A stretch of 64,000 bases of DNA from Vermamoeba vermiformis (GCA_045837725.1 JBEWZL010000209.1:1-64000); one strand, 5' to 3'; shown: positions 36,250-50,111, counted from the stretch's first letter. The notes: generated from the letters alone by a model not told the origin. Program-made: numbers and translations.

Positions 36250-38210
36250 ATGTTGGCATCAATAGGCACGACATTGGCGCTAATATTGGTGTCGCTAGCC
36301 TTATTATGGCTATCCAAGCTGCGATCTCGGATGGTAAGATCATAAACTTTCAATTATGGTCATCAATTCCGAAATTATCGGTTAGATAAATTAATTAAAA
36401 ATTTATTAGATCCGATTGCAGAGTTCTTTGGGCCATATCCCAGGCCCCAAGCCAAATCCACTCTTTGGCAATATTCTGGATGTTTTTACGGCCAAAGCAT
36501 ATGGCAAGGCACTATTACAGCATATTCCTAAATACGGTGATATTGTAAGGCACAATTTATTCACTTTTAATGCGTGAGTTTAAGATCTGACCATATTTTT
36601 AAGTTCGCCTTCTACGGCTTTCTACCTGAAGTCGTGCTTAGTCACCCTGATCATATTAAGATGATGTACTTGCAATCGCACGAACGGGGTGCTGACTTAT
36701 CGCAGCCTATCGCTGAAACAGCCAAGTGTACGTGTCGCATCCAGATTTAGTTTTCCTCCTACAATTAATTACTAACACATTCTATATAGCGCGAGGCTTA
36801 TTCTCATTGCCTTACGGCGACAAATGGAAATTTCATCGACGATTAGTCTCGCCGAGTAAGTTCAACTTAGATCCAAGTCTTAAAGTTAATTCATCATACT
36901 TAGTTTTCCAATCGTCAAACTTGCAAAAGATAGATTGGATTATCATCGAAAAGGTCGGCAAACTAGCTGAGCGATGGCGCAAATTGGCTGCAGCGAATGG
37001 CGGACAAGTTGAAGTGAATTCAATGGTCGAATTTCAAAATATGACCGTGGATGCAGTAGGCAAGGCTGCTTTTGGATATGATTTCAACGGTATTGCCTCA
37101 ATATATAACCTCACTAACCTTATTTTAATTCTTTTTCCTTTTTTAGCACTCGACGGAAACAGCTCCGAATTGCTCCGCGCCTTCGATTTAATTCTCGCAA
37201 CTATCGCGCACCGAATTATCTTCAATTTGATACCCTATTGGAAGTGGCTCCCGTTCATTCCTGCCAACGCACGATTGCGCCAGGCACAGCACTTGTCTGA
37301 GAGCACCATGGCACGCATGATCGAGAAGCGTGTCGAGGACTATGTGCGCGACAAAGCTGCGGGCAAGTTGAAAGAAGAGGGCCTGGATCTGATGGACCTC
37401 TTGTTGCGTGCCTCGCAAGAGAGCGAAGACGGCAAATTCTCCGTTGAAGACCTCTACGGCGAGTGCTTTACATTCGTGTAAGTGACACTCTTTGACACGT
37501 ATCAAACTTTCTACAACTGACACGTTGACAGCGTTGCGGGCAATGAAACCACGGCCATTTCACTCACATTCTTATTTAATTTGCTTGGCAATCACTTGGA
37601 CGAACAACAGAAGGTAACAATAACACCACGAGTATTGTCAGTAATGTTTTTTGATAGCTTCGTGAACACATCCGCAAAGCTATCGGCGACAAAACACCGA
37701 CGATCAACGATCTGAACAACATTCCTTATTTGGAAATGACCATCAAAGAGAGCATGCGCGTGTTCCCAGTCGCGTACATCAATCGTCGTGAAGCACAAGA
37801 GGACATGAAGTTCGGTGATTATGTAGTACCCAAGGGCACGTCGTTGATTTATGCCACGCAGCACCTGCACAACGACGAACGGTTCTGGAAAGAGCCGCAA
37901 CAGTTCAACCCTGAACGCTTCAGTCGCGAAGAGGAAGAAAAGCGGCCGTTGCATTCGTTCGTGCCATTCGGTGGCGGGTAAGCACAACAACAATATCGCA
38001 CATAGACCCTTAGTATTAACAATTCTATTGGCCCCTAGATTGCGCATTTGTGTGGGCAAGACATTCGCCATGTCCGAAATGAAGTTCACGACAGCCCTCT
38101 TGTTGCGCGACTTTGAATTTGATTCGCGCAAGCACGGCATCACAGACACGGTGCAAGAGTTCGTGATGAAGCCGTGCTCTGCCTGTCCATTCACTGTCCG
38201 GCCATTGTAA
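36250..38210 (+). CDS. Cytochrome P450, divergent from the FAAL-PKS gene
   Basis: N-terminal anchor MLASIGTTLALILVSL, PGPKP hinge, AGNETT, KESMR, FNPERF and heme motif PFGGGLRICVG (spliced). Confidence 0.93.
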
Positions 38211-38287
38211 GCATGTAGAATAGAAGCGAACGCGTGTCAAGTGACTGGGAGCACAAAAAAGTAAGTTATTTCACTATAAACACATTA

Positions 38288-40723
38288 TTATGTACAAGTA
38301 GCTTTACAATATTGCGAGACCCAGTCGGGTATCGGACATTTAAACGGATTATTGGACGCATCGCAGTATATTTTCTTGCGTTTAGGCCTGGGCACTGAGC
38401 TGTTGAAGGATGTGAATTGGTTGTTGGTGAATGTGAAGCTGAGCACCGAGGTGAAGTTCAAGTGCGCCACTTCACCGCTGAACTGGTTGTCGTTGAGCAC
38501 GACATTAGCGACAGCGAGAGTCGATAAATTTTCAATTGTTCCGTTCAATCTGTTGTACGACACATCCAACGTGCCGACAGCAGTGCCTGGTGCGAACACT
38601 GGCAGTGAGCCTTCCAGTCGATTATGAGAGGCGTTGAAAACTGTCACGTGCCCCGACAGAGGCAACTGTGGAAAGCTGCCGGTCAATTGATTCGTGTCCA
38701 GTCTCACTTCGTACGCGCTCGTCCAGTTGACAACGGAGGCTGGAATTGGACCGGTGAAGTTGCAGTAATGGAGCCAAATATGAAACATATCAGGTGGTAG
38801 ATCGGGGATGGTGCCTGATAGTCTCGGATTGAGATTGAGCCATATTTGGTTCAGATTTTTCAAATTGCGGATCGAGCTCGGAATAGTTCCGGAAAGATTG
38901 TTGATTGCAAAATTTAGATTTTGCAGTGCATCGAGATCACCGATCGACTCGGGAATAGTTCCGCTCATATTCATGACCGTCAATCTCAGCTCGGTGACTC
39001 GTCCTTTTGCACACACCACGCCGTACCATTTGCACATTGGTTCTTCAGTCATCCACCGCACTGCCTTCGTGTCAAGTGCATAGCTCCAACTGCCACCATT
39101 AGTCGCGATAAATAGATCTTCCAACACGCGTCGGTCAGTATCCAAGTTGTGTGCAGGCACCACTATTTGTTGCGGGGCTGTATTGTTGTTATTGTCCTCG
39201 TGCGTCTTCTGCTCGATCAACATGTACGCGCCAAACATGACCGCGGACATGATCAACACTGCGCCAATGACCGCGCCAACAACTCTGCGCCACGCCCCTC
39301 GAGATCGTTGTAGTTCTGGTGCAAAATCACTCGCTGTTACGATCACAGTCGCGCGTTGTGGGTGTTTGGCTGCTCGTTCTCGCTTCAAAAAGTCATCGTA
39401 CAACATGTCCACGATCAGTTTGATGCGCTCTTGTTCCGACGAAATGTTTTTAATGTCGTTGAAGTTCTGTTTGATGGACTCGCTCAGATACGGAATCAGT
39501 GACTCGTAGTCCACGTGCAGAATACCATCGATCAGCTGCACCGCTTCAGGCACTACACTTTCAATCTGCTGCGCAATGTAGCCCACGAATCGTTTGTTCG
39601 TTGCATGTGACACGCTGCTTTTGAACTTGTAAGTGACACCGTCAATCTTCAGAATCACGTCGCGCGGGTCATGATCTGTCAAAAGCGTCAAAAGTGACAT
39701 TTGACACGTGTCATTCAATCACTACGCACCCTCCATGAGCAGTCTGACGTCCTCTTTAATGTTGATGTCTGAGGCCTTGTAGAAGTTCAGCGCGCGGAAG
39801 TTGCCAATCACTTCCGCATTGCCGTTGTACAGCACCATGTAGTTGTCGTGCTCGGCTCCTTCGTAGCTGCGAATCACGTGAGTCATTAATAGGAGGACAT
39901 CGCTACTTGAGTCTTTCAACTTACCTAATGGACGCAGGTTGGATGTGTTCCGGACTGTCATCCGAATAGACTTGCAATTGGCTCGGTGAGTCCGATACCG
40001 CTAAATTACCGCTCTGCGACTCGTTCAACTCATCATTGCTCGCTGTGCTGAGCTCGCCTTGGCCAGCAAAAAATTCAATCAAGTCTCGTTCATCCAAGAT
40101 TGGTGCGCTCAAAGTGTTGGTGTTCGATGGCTCTACATTCATCGGCACGCCATTGCTATTGGACAAGTCGTTGAGGTGCTGCCATTGCATTTGGATTATG
40201 ACTGACAATAAACTTTAATTAGACGGAATTCAAATATTACATTGTCTATACCTTCGCCGTCCTTTTTCCTCTGTTGGCTCAGAACGTCGCTCTTTCTTTT
40301 ACGAGGCAATGCTTGAAAAAATTGAGAAGTTGCTTGATGCAGTATTTGACCGGCTGGATTTGTGCATTCTATTCCCAAACGAACGAATCTCTTCGTGTTT
40401 CGTAAGTCAAAAGCGCCTTGATTAATTTTAATTCTTAATATTAATCCTTGTTGCTGGCCATTATCGGAGTCTGTTGGCTTTTTAATGCCGAGCGGAGATC
40501 GCTTCTTCCAAGTTAGACAGTCTGACTGCTCGTACTCTATTTTGGACGATAATCTATTCTTGACAAATACTCGTATATTAAATATTAGCGCTTCAGACTG
40601 TTTCTCGCCGAGAGTAAAGCGTAAATTAGGCTTCGTCGCCTCATCTGGAGTAGCAGCGAGTCCTTCTTGGCATTCAAAAGGCACAAATACGCTGAAGCAC
40701 GCCTTCACGTGTACTTTCTCCAT
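38288..40723 (-). CDS. MYRF/MrfA-like membrane-tethered factor: putative Ig-fold DNA-binding domain, Peptidase S74 autocleavage domain, TM, LRR ectodomain
   Basis: N-terminal domain ends in PRKRK. KASDINIKE (39755-39772) with GYIAQQIE..VPEAV..VDYESL and a coiled coil forms the ICA domain. TM VVGAVIGAVLIMSAVMFGAYMLI is followed by plant-type LRRs (NNLSGTIP, NQLTGSFP, NRLEGSLP) with a CxWxGVxC N-cap and an NNPFKCPIP C-cap. Confidence 0.8.
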
Positions 40724-41023
40724 AATTCAATGACTGAAATGATTTAAAATGATCGGTCGAATCTTACGGCATTTTTTGGCTGGACAGGACACGCAATGGG
40801 ATTTTTTGACCGGAGTGCAATCAATGTCAACCCTAATCTGCAATCGGAATTGATTCTATACTCGCTGATAATGTTCTCGATAATGTCGAGTCTTCTTTCG
40901 AGGTGCCAATTTAGCGACAACGAAATTACGAAAATATCTTCGCTAATTTCGGCTCTATTGTTGTCTTGTATAACCGATTTGTGGCTACAATAGACAAAAT
41001 ACAAGACTAGTGCTAACAACAAT

Positions 41024-41823
41024 ATGTCTGGCCACGAACTGACTCAAAGCAAGTTGTGGGTTGGATTTATCTTCAACTTGCTCGAGTTCGTCTCTTTAGG
41101 AATATTTCTGACTGTCGGCTTGGTTAGTATTAATATTGTAACATTTTCTGGGTAATTATTTAAATGATTATTTTGCAGGTGATGAGCTTGGCTGTTCGGT
41201 GGAAATTAGAAGCAATAGCGGGCATTAGCACATTAATTTGGTTAATTATTTTCATCAGTATTATAATATGCTATATTATCACCTACGCAAATGAGAGAAA
41301 GTAAGATCCAAGCTGAAATAATTTAATAATATTTTATTAAATTGATCTTACCTATTACAGGCAACTCGCATCAAAAATGTTTACAAATGTAGCATTTAGA
41401 GATCGAAAATGCGGCACTTATTTCACGCTCTGCTTGGTTGCAGCCTTCTACATCAATATTGGCGTTATCATTTTGGATGTGATCGGTATTACGATGTCCA
41501 TTATGCACAAAGAGGTCGAGGGCATTGTAGAGTTCTTATTGCTCCTCGGAGATTTAATATTGGCCAAGCATTTGCTGCAAAAGTTACTGCTCGTCAGCAA
41601 GCGGTTGGATGGCAAATATTCAATGTTCGCTGAGACCCATATGGCACTTTCTAGCCACGATAATAATACGCACGAAGATCAACATATTCAATCGAGTCCT
41701 AGTGTCAGTGAAACAACGCATTTGATCGGCAATCAAGCGAATACTACATCCGTTTACGCTAATGCTGCTGGACACGTCGCTGTGCCTTATCAAACGGCGT
41801 ATATTGTAAAAATTGACTCATAA
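41024..41823 (+). CDS. Multi-pass membrane protein of unknown function
   Basis: Three exons joined by GT-AG introns, encoding about four hydrophobic helices and a polar tail (ORF 41377..41823). Confidence 0.6.
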
Positions 41824-41941
41824 ATATCTTTGTATCATAAAAATCAAGGAACAGAGCCGATCAGTTGTGCCAGATCTTCTCCGAAGGTTCGGTGAATGAA
41901 AATAACGGACAACAGAACAGAGTTTATTTTGTATTTCAATC

Positions 41942-43815
41942 ATGAAGACAGCCACTAGTGTGAATATATTAGTCGTATTATTGGGCTGCGCTGTGCTCAG
42001 TTTGGCGCAGCAAGGCGGCACTAAGAATCCAGTCACCCAGATGCCAGGCATCAGCCACGTTGACGACACTATTTATGCTGGATATGTGTCCGTGCTGCCG
42101 CAAGGTGATATGAGCAACGCGTTGTTTTATTACTTCGCTGAAAGCAGAAACAATCCTTCAACGGATCCTTTAGGTAAATATATAGCCGTTTCTACAATTA
42201 TTTTTTAATACTAACCCTTTAAAATTAATGCATATTTATGTGTATTTTATTTATAATAATAGTATTTAAAATTGTTAAGCTTGACTTTTTCGCTCGCCTT
42301 TTCTAATCTGGATCTACTTTCTAGTTTTGTGGATGAATGGAGGCCCTGGTGTTAGGTATAGTTAATATTCTCTCATTGTATGATACTATGCACGATCGCA
42401 TCCCTTATTTTCTATGTTGTACCTGTATGTTGAGAGATCGTCTTACATTGCTTTTACAGCTCTATGTACGGCTGCTTCTTCGAGAACGGTCCTTATAGAA
42501 TTAAGCCTAATGGTGATCTCTACCCCAACGCTTATTCGTACGTAATATAAGTCTCGATCTTAAAATTGCAAAATCGAATCTGACTTCGTCTTGCCAGATG
42601 GAACCAAAACGCCAACGTTATCTTCATTGACCAACCTGTTGGTACTGGGTATGTTAATAACATTATCCCACTCATTTCTTTATTAATCTCTTGCACATCC
42701 AGCTACTCTTACGGCACGCGCTTCTGCACCACGCAGAAACAAGTCGCCACCGATTTGTACTACGCCTTGCAACACTTCTTGCAGCTGTTCCCTCAATATG
42801 CTAACACTCCGTTCTTTATTACTGGCGAGAGCTATGCTGGAAAGTAAGCAAAACACATCTGCTAGTACACGCAGATCGGATGTGGCTAACAATCTCTTTA
42901 AGATACGTGCCTTCCCTCGCTTATGAAATCTTTTTGATGAACAAGAACGTTCCTAGCGGCATGCAGACTATTAACTTGCAAGGCATTGCTATTGGAAATG
43001 GTTGGGTACATCCGATCCTTCAAAACAAAGCTTACGTCGATTATTCTTATAATCTCGGTACGTGCAGTCCTTAAATACAATATTATAGTAATCTAATAAT
43101 ATTTTTAGGTCTTATTGGTCCCAACACGCGAGATCAAGCCAATATGATTGTCAAGAACTTGACTGAACAGATCTACAGCGAAGAATGGGACGCAGCGAAC
43201 GATCTCTCCAATTTATTAGAGACCGTTATATTAAACGATGCTAACGTCAACATCGACAACGTGCTCTACTCGGAGGATCCGTTGCAGCCCTTGTACGAGC
43301 CTTTGATCGGCTACTTGACCTCCGCTCAGACTCGAAAGCAGTTCGGTGTCGGAAATACGCCGTTTAATTTTATTAGCAACGATGCTGGCAATGCGTTGAA
43401 CGACGACGAACAACAATCAGTGTTGTATCTGCTCCCGACCTTGATCTCCAACTATCGCGTCATGATTTACACCGGCAACATGGACTTGAACTGCAATATT
43501 GCTGGTGTTGATGGTACGTATTATATAGAGCTTTATTAAGCCTTAATTTCTTCGAAAAAACAAATATGATTAATTCAGATCTCGTTTTCTTCAGCTTACC
43601 TCGAAGCGATGCAATGGAAGAACTACTTGAAGTGGTACCAATCACCGCGCATTCAATGGCACGTCGGCAAGCAATTAGCAGGCTACGCCAAGACCTTCGC
43701 GAACTTGACCACCGTCGTGGTGCGCAATGCCGGTCATGAAGTGCCGTTCTACCAGCCCAAACACGCGCTCGACATGCTCGGTAGATTCTTGAATAACCAG
43801 CCGTTTAGCAATTAA
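41942..43815 (+). CDS. Serine carboxypeptidase (S10), secreted
   Basis: Signal peptide, YAGYV, WMNGGPG, ENGPY, IDQPVGTG, TGESYAG, GIAIGNG, GNMDLNC and NAGHEVP. Confidence 0.95.
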
Positions 43816-43823
43816 ATCGTATT

Positions 43824-46135
43824 TTATAATTGCGGTGAATACAAGTTAGTAAATTTTTCTGTCCGCTTCAGCTCTCTTGGTGTTAAATACACGAATAAGC
43901 CATGTCTACAACAAGAATAAGTAAGCGACACTAGGACAGATACAAAGTTACAAATACTTACTCCGGTTTTTGTGTGACAGCGTAGGTCGGAACAATCTCT
44001 TTGGTCTCATCTAACTTCCACTCAAAGTACTTGGCCAATGTACTCAGCACTGCTCGCATCTCAATCTTTGCAAAGGTCTGACCGATACCTGAAGTAACAA
44101 TAACAAATGGTGTCAAACAACAACGACGACAACACTGATGATATCATATGATGACATGTGTCACTCACAGTTTCTGGGACCAGCACTGAACGGCAGGAAC
44201 TTGGGGTAATGTGATTGGTTGTTGGCGAAGCGATTGGGATCGAACTTGGAGGGCTGTAACGACATGTATTAGCGACTCAAAAGCACGGACTTGGTGCGTA
44301 CCTCGGGCCATACGTGCTCGTTGTAATTCAACGTGTGCAGTGGCACCCACACAGAAGTGCCTTTGGGAATGAAATACTCGCCTAATTGAATGTCTTTTGT
44401 AGCTTCACGCACTGTCCGAGGGTTAGCATACTAATGTGTCGAAGGAAGTTCTATCGGTCGTTACCTGAACCACCCGGCGCGACACTCATCATTCGCATGC
44501 TCTCTTTCACCACCATATCTAGCACTGTCATTTGCGACAAGTCATCGTACGAGGGATAGTCTTTGTTTTGCAGCACCTGTGTTCAATCATCATCAGTAAC
44601 AACGATCATTTTTCCAGTCTGTTAATCACGTACAGCATCTACTTCGTCTTGAAGTTTCTTTTGCCATTCAGGGCTCTGAGCGGTGTGGAGCAAGAACCAC
44701 GTCATTGCTGTGGAGAATAGATTATGACACGTGTCAAGTATTCGAGTGATATTTTGACACTTACAGTGCGCAGTAGTCTCGTGCCCAGCGACCAAGAATA
44801 TAAGAATCTCGCTGATCAGCTCGTGCTCGGTCATCTTCGTGCCAGTCTCAGCGTCCTCAGCTTTGATCATCAAATTCAACAGATCGTTCTTCTCGGCCAT
44901 ACTCTGCGCGTCGTTGAGCCGCATGTTCAAACACTTGCGGGCCAAATCATCCACTGTTTTTCTACAGCCGATAGCGTTAATTAAATTATATGATATCGCG
45001 TCGATCCGTACTTGATTGTGCGCAACCTAACCAATGCAAAGGGGTTGAGTCGGTGACCAATCGGATTCTGTGAGCGTCGTTCAGCTTCAAGCAGCAAGTC
45101 AGACATGGCTTGAATAGCCTCGACATTAGCCCCGCGCAATGCTCCGAAGTTAATTCCAAACGCAGCGGCAGTCAAAACGTCCTAATAAGGAAATTTGACA
45201 CGCGTCAATCTTGGGTATCGATACAACGATAACAATTCTTTCAATAACGTACCAATGCTACCTTCTGCAAGATGTCGTTGATGTTGATGGACTCGCGCAA
45301 GTTTTGCTCGTTCAAAGTATGGTATGAAAATACGTTGTGAGCTCTTTCAACTCGTCAACCATCAAGTGGTACATGCCTTTGATCGCGGTTGTGCTGAACA
45401 TTGGATTCATTAACTTGCGTTGTTTGTGCCAATAAGCACCTAATGATTATACGTAATTCATTAGTGACAGCTTTAAACTCGGCTCTCCGCGAGCAGATCC
45501 GCTCCAAATCACGCACCGTCCGAAAAGAATAGGTCGTTATCACTAAAAAGGCGCAATGAATCATACATGACGCCCTTGCGGTCAAATGCTAGAGCTTCAG
45601 TCACGTACTGAAAAAATAGATCAGTCAAAACAAATTTCTCAAACTCGGTAACAATGATGAATCGTACCTTAGGATCAGCGACAAGCACTACGTCAGGTGT
45701 AAATAATCCTCCGCGCAGTAAAATCATGTCGCCGTACTTTTTCTGTAATTTGGTAAATTCTGAAAACGGATCTCCTCGTTTTCGACTGCCTAATACCGCT
45801 AAACCACCGAGCAGCAAGCTATCGGGATACGGCCCTGCAATTTTAGACCGGATTCGTTAGTCACGGGGAGAAAATTAGCTCTGACACTTCGCAAGCACAG
45901 AGCTTTAAATTTTAAATATGATGAATATTACGCGACTGATATTAGTACCTGGAATTTTTTTCTTCCAAGAGGGCTCGAAAGCTACACGCTGTCGAAAAAA
46001 TTATAAGCTTCAGATCCTCCAAATTACAAGCTTGAAGGTAATAATCGTAATATTTATTCTTACCAGCCACACTACTAACTTGGGAAGCAGCAAAACACCA
46101 GCAACAACTACGATGATTAGACCTACAGACACCAT
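43824..46135 (-). CDS. Cytochrome P450 (paralog 1)
   Basis: TM anchor at 46135, LVAGHETT, KESMR and FLPFSAGPRNCIG (spliced). Confidence 0.92.
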
Positions 46136-46740
46136 AAAAATAACAGATCTGTTTTTGGCGAGCCTCTTGATAGTACGTCGAACAAAATTAAAAACAATGA
46201 CCTGTTACTTCGTGTTCCGAAGATTCATCCCTCGGTGCCGCATCCACGTGCTTCAAAAAAAAGAATCACATCGAATCCAACAAAAATTCGTTCGAGTTCA
46301 ATCGTGCAAGAGCTGCCGTTCTGGCGAAGAACGTCGAGAAGTTTCCTATGCTCGTCGTTCAGTAACGAAAGAGTGTGCATTGTGTTTTCACCAGAACGAA
46401 GAGGTCGGTCACGTGTTGTTGGTGAGCGTCGTGGTTCGTGACCGGGACCTTGAGATCAAGTTGTCTGGCAGGCGAACAGATCGTAGAGGACGCTTCTTAT
46501 TCACTGGTCCCAGCTGAAGTCTCGAGGAGGGCAGGCACCGGAACACCGCGTCGTCCAACGGGTAAAATTATCCATTTGTGTTTGCGCGAACGAAAAATAA
46601 GAGAAGACAAGCGAATTGTATTCTTCTCACTCATATAATACCAGAAACGATTTCAGAATTCGGAAAATTACGATTTTGTTCGCAATTAGTCTTCTGTTTT
46701 GAACATACAACAACTATTCATTGTTTGCAGGTGGGTGAAA

Positions 46741-46773
<33 letters not shown>
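46741..46773. repeat. (AAT)11 microsatellite
   Basis: Direct inspection. Confidence 0.95.
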
Positions 46774-46778
<5 letters not shown>

Positions 46779-46918
46779 CTAATACAACTGATTGGAAAAG
46801 TGAAAATAATATTAAAATATTTCTTCGTTTCGATCTTGATTTTCTGTATTCAAGCGTTGATTTTTCTTCCACAATTTGAATTAAACAGTGCATACATTTC
46901 TGACTATTGTTTCCAGCA

Positions 46919-48100
46919 ATGAAACGTTATCGACCTCGTCAAGACTCGTTTACCCAAAATGCAAAACGGAGAAAATCTCAACAAACCAACCCACTTATTA
47001 CAGCTGACGTAATTAAGTACTCAATTGTTCCCCTTGGGGCACTAGATTGGTTGAATGTGTCGAAGGAACTTAATCATGTGGCACTGCAATATTTACTGGA
47101 GGATCCAAGAGTACTTGAAAAATCTGACACAGCCTTGTATCGAGCAGGAACAACTTGTAACATAGATATGCTCAATAGATTAATTCACGACAATAGATAC
47201 AACTGTTTATATGTTGACACGCTACAATTAGTGAAAGATAACAAGGCGAGATTAGTTCACTTTCTCAACCACAAATTTTTCACACAGATTGAAAGCGATG
47301 ACATATCAGAGGTCTTGCATGCAGCTGTATTAAATGGCTGGACTGATGTGGTTACACAAATACTTGATCGTTGCCAGGACTCAGTTAACATACTATATTC
47401 TTCAGTACATGCAAAAAAAGCACCTGTGGAGACAATTCGACTTATTATTCACCATCCAAAAATCATATTTGATACAAAAAGAGCGTTACGAATAGCTGTG
47501 CGATATGGAAATGTAGAAGTTGCCAAATCTATTATCGAAAATGCAAGAGTTGATATAAAGCAGGCTATTAAGTTTTTGCACATGGACCACAACACCTTTG
47601 AATTCTTATTAGACAACTATATTGTACCCGAAACTTCAAATACAAGACTGAAGAAAAAGCTGTGGTCTCAAATATTTAAGTCGCATAGTGTTGAATGCCT
47701 TGAGATGGCACTTAACCACCTTGCACTTGATCCAAGCGATGACTCCAACGTAGCTCTTTACGAGGCATGCAAATACAGTTCTACAAATATGATTGAACTG
47801 CTGCTACAAGATGATAGAGTTACACCAACGATTAAACCTTCAAGAAGAAATCCTATTGTAGCTGCTGCAAAGCATCAACGCAAAGATATTGTGGATTTTT
47901 TGATCAACCACCCAAAAATTGATGCTTTATGGCTTAATCAAGCTCTCATATTCTGGGCTCAAAAAAATCATGTAAATGCTGTTTCATTTGTGGTTAATAC
48001 ATACAGTAAGTTTGTTACTGCAAAAGCAAAAGCTGAAGCTATGCAAAGCGCAATTAAACATGATTATACGGATGTAATTGATGTGTTGTTTAATAAATAA
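46919..48100 (+). CDS. Intronless ankyrin-repeat protein
   Basis: Repeats LHAAVLNGWTDVVTQIL, ALRIAVRYGNVEVAKSII, DPSDDSNVALYEACKYSSTNMIELLLQDDRV and IVAAAKHQRKDIVDFLI. Confidence 0.85.
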   Translation: MKRYRPRQDSFTQNAKRRKSQQTNPLITADVIKYSIVPLGALDWLNVSKELNHVALQYLLEDPRVLEKSDTALYRAGTTCNIDMLNRLIHDNRYNCLYVDTLQLVKDNKARLVHFLNHKFFTQIESDDISEVLHAAVLNGWTDVVTQILDRCQDSVNILYSSVHAKKAPVETIRLIIHHPKIIFDTKRALRIAVRYGNVEVAKSIIENARVDIKQAIKFLHMDHNTFEFLLDNYIVPETSNTRLKKKLWSQIFKSHSVECLEMALNHLALDPSDDSNVALYEACKYSSTNMIELLLQDDRVTPTIKPSRRNPIVAAAKHQRKDIVDFLINHPKIDALWLNQALIFWAQKNHVNAVSFVVNTYSKFVTAKAKAEAMQSAIKHDYTDVIDVLFNK

Positions 48101-48188
48101 GGTTATTACCTGTTGATATCTTGGGAGCAGTCTTTCGAGGAGCCAGCGAAGAAATACGTGCACTCGTGTTACTATAATTCTCACCTAT

Positions 48189-49880
48189 TTATGCTACGAT
48201 CCATTGATTGAGATACTTATCAATATAACATCGCATGCGACCAACTTGTTGTGGCGTGAATTCATTGGGGCAATCAGGCTAGAATAATAGTCCTTATTAG
48301 TACACGTAAAGCCAACATAAGACTGACACGTACAGTCATTGCAAATGTAAATCCCATGTAATTGTGAATGGGTGTGTTGAACCAGGCTTGACCAGAACAA
48401 TCTTGACCAGGTGGATCCATGCACATCGGATTCATCGGTGAAGGTCGTGTATCAGCACAGAGATCACCGACTAAGTATATTTCCTTATTAGTCAATAAGA
48501 TCGATCGCAGGACAGGTACTCACTCAACATTGAGCCGTTCTGTGACGTTGGATACTGCTTGCCTTCATAACACGGATTTTGACAGCCCGTGCCCGCTCTG
48601 TTAAATATCAGCCACTATAATACTAACACTTAATTATAGGAGGCATCGAGCACTTACTCCGCACCATTGAACACGTGCCACAGCCCGAATGTGTGACCTA
48701 ATTCATGAACGGCAACCTTGCCCTTGAACATCGCGTCGAGGCCACCGAACACGAGGTAGTTGAACAGCGAGCCTTGTTGCACGACAGTGTTGGTGTTGAG
48801 GGTCCAGGGCACGGTCGAATCCGCGAGACAGAACGGACACTCGGCGATGTCTTCGTAGCGCGCAATGTATATGTTGAGCGACTGCGTGCCGTTCACTTGG
48901 ACCACACTCTTCACGACAGATTGATCAATCCATACTATAAAATGGTAGATGCATTAGTATTGAATATATTAATATGATTAGAGATGTTAAAATACCTTTT
49001 AAGGGACTGGCTGGATCGCGACAAGTTGAGACAGATCCGCCCGGCTGACAACAATCGCCATCGTCCCAATTATACTGCTTAAAGTTACACTCTGCATTGC
49101 ACGTGCCATCACCGCGCTGCGAGTGTTTGCAAGGGAATTGTTGGAGAATGTTAACGCAATCACCACCGTCGTACCCAGTGTCCGTTACATTGCAGAATAT
49201 TTGACAGACTCCATCGCCGACCTGTTAAATAGTTACAATGTTGTAATAAGATGACAGTCATATTAATAAAACCTACCATTTGAGGCGCACAAAACGGCAG
49301 AACTTTCCGATCGAACAAAAAAGTCGATGGAACTATCTTTGTACAGGCCGATAAGCTGATATTATACGGATAAAAAGCCTTATTAATAATCTAAAACATG
49401 ATCGATTAGTAATTTGCATTGACTAAGCGTTTAATTATTACCTTGAGCTGCATCTGAGCTTCTCGCTCACTGATTAACGGATTTGAACCATCATCTCGGG
49501 CTATTATATAAACTACAGTATTAATAACCCTCGGAGACAGCTTTTGTTGTTCATAATCGCTCGTGTACTGCAAAACAACAGATGGGTCGTCACAATCCTT
49601 CGTTAGTAAGCATGATGCTCTTTGCAAGCGAATACTCTCACCCCTGTCATATTTGTCGTAATTATTACATTTTTATTTACTTAATATTAAATTTAAAAGA
49701 AAAATTCGGATCTTTTACCTCAGTTGCGAAGAGCACCTGAAATCATAATGCGCAACAACACCTGTATATATATATATAATATAATTTAGTGAATTATTAT
49801 TTCAATGTAGTCATTGTTGGCTTACTCGTTGTAACGATCAAAATGCCAATAATTAAAATGCGTTGCAGCGAAGACAACAT
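48189..49880 (-). CDS. Pappalysin/ulilysin-like M43 metalloprotease with LNR module
   Basis: Signal peptide, LNR-like CAPQMVGDGVCQIFCN..YDGGDC, zinc motif HELGHTFGLWH, GDLCADT, Met-turn NYMG and FTPQQVGRMRC. Confidence 0.85.
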
Positions 49881-50111
49881 CTTACAAGAGCTGCACTACA
49901 ATATGACCTATTGTGCTAATTGATTTGATAATAATGAAGAAAAGATGACCAATGAACTCAATTTGAAGGCTTTGACAGGCCTGAAAATGCCGTAGAAGTT
50001 TGCGCTTGTCATACGTCGTTCATACTAACTTATTAAAGATATTATTAATCCTAATTAATAGCAACAACAACAATAGACCACCACGCTAACGGCAAAGACT
50101 GGAACTACAAA

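Noticed and set aside
46200-46640. GC-richer island with coding-like fragments upstream of the P450
   Set aside because: No consistent frame or recognisable family; it may be a gene remnant but I cannot support a call.
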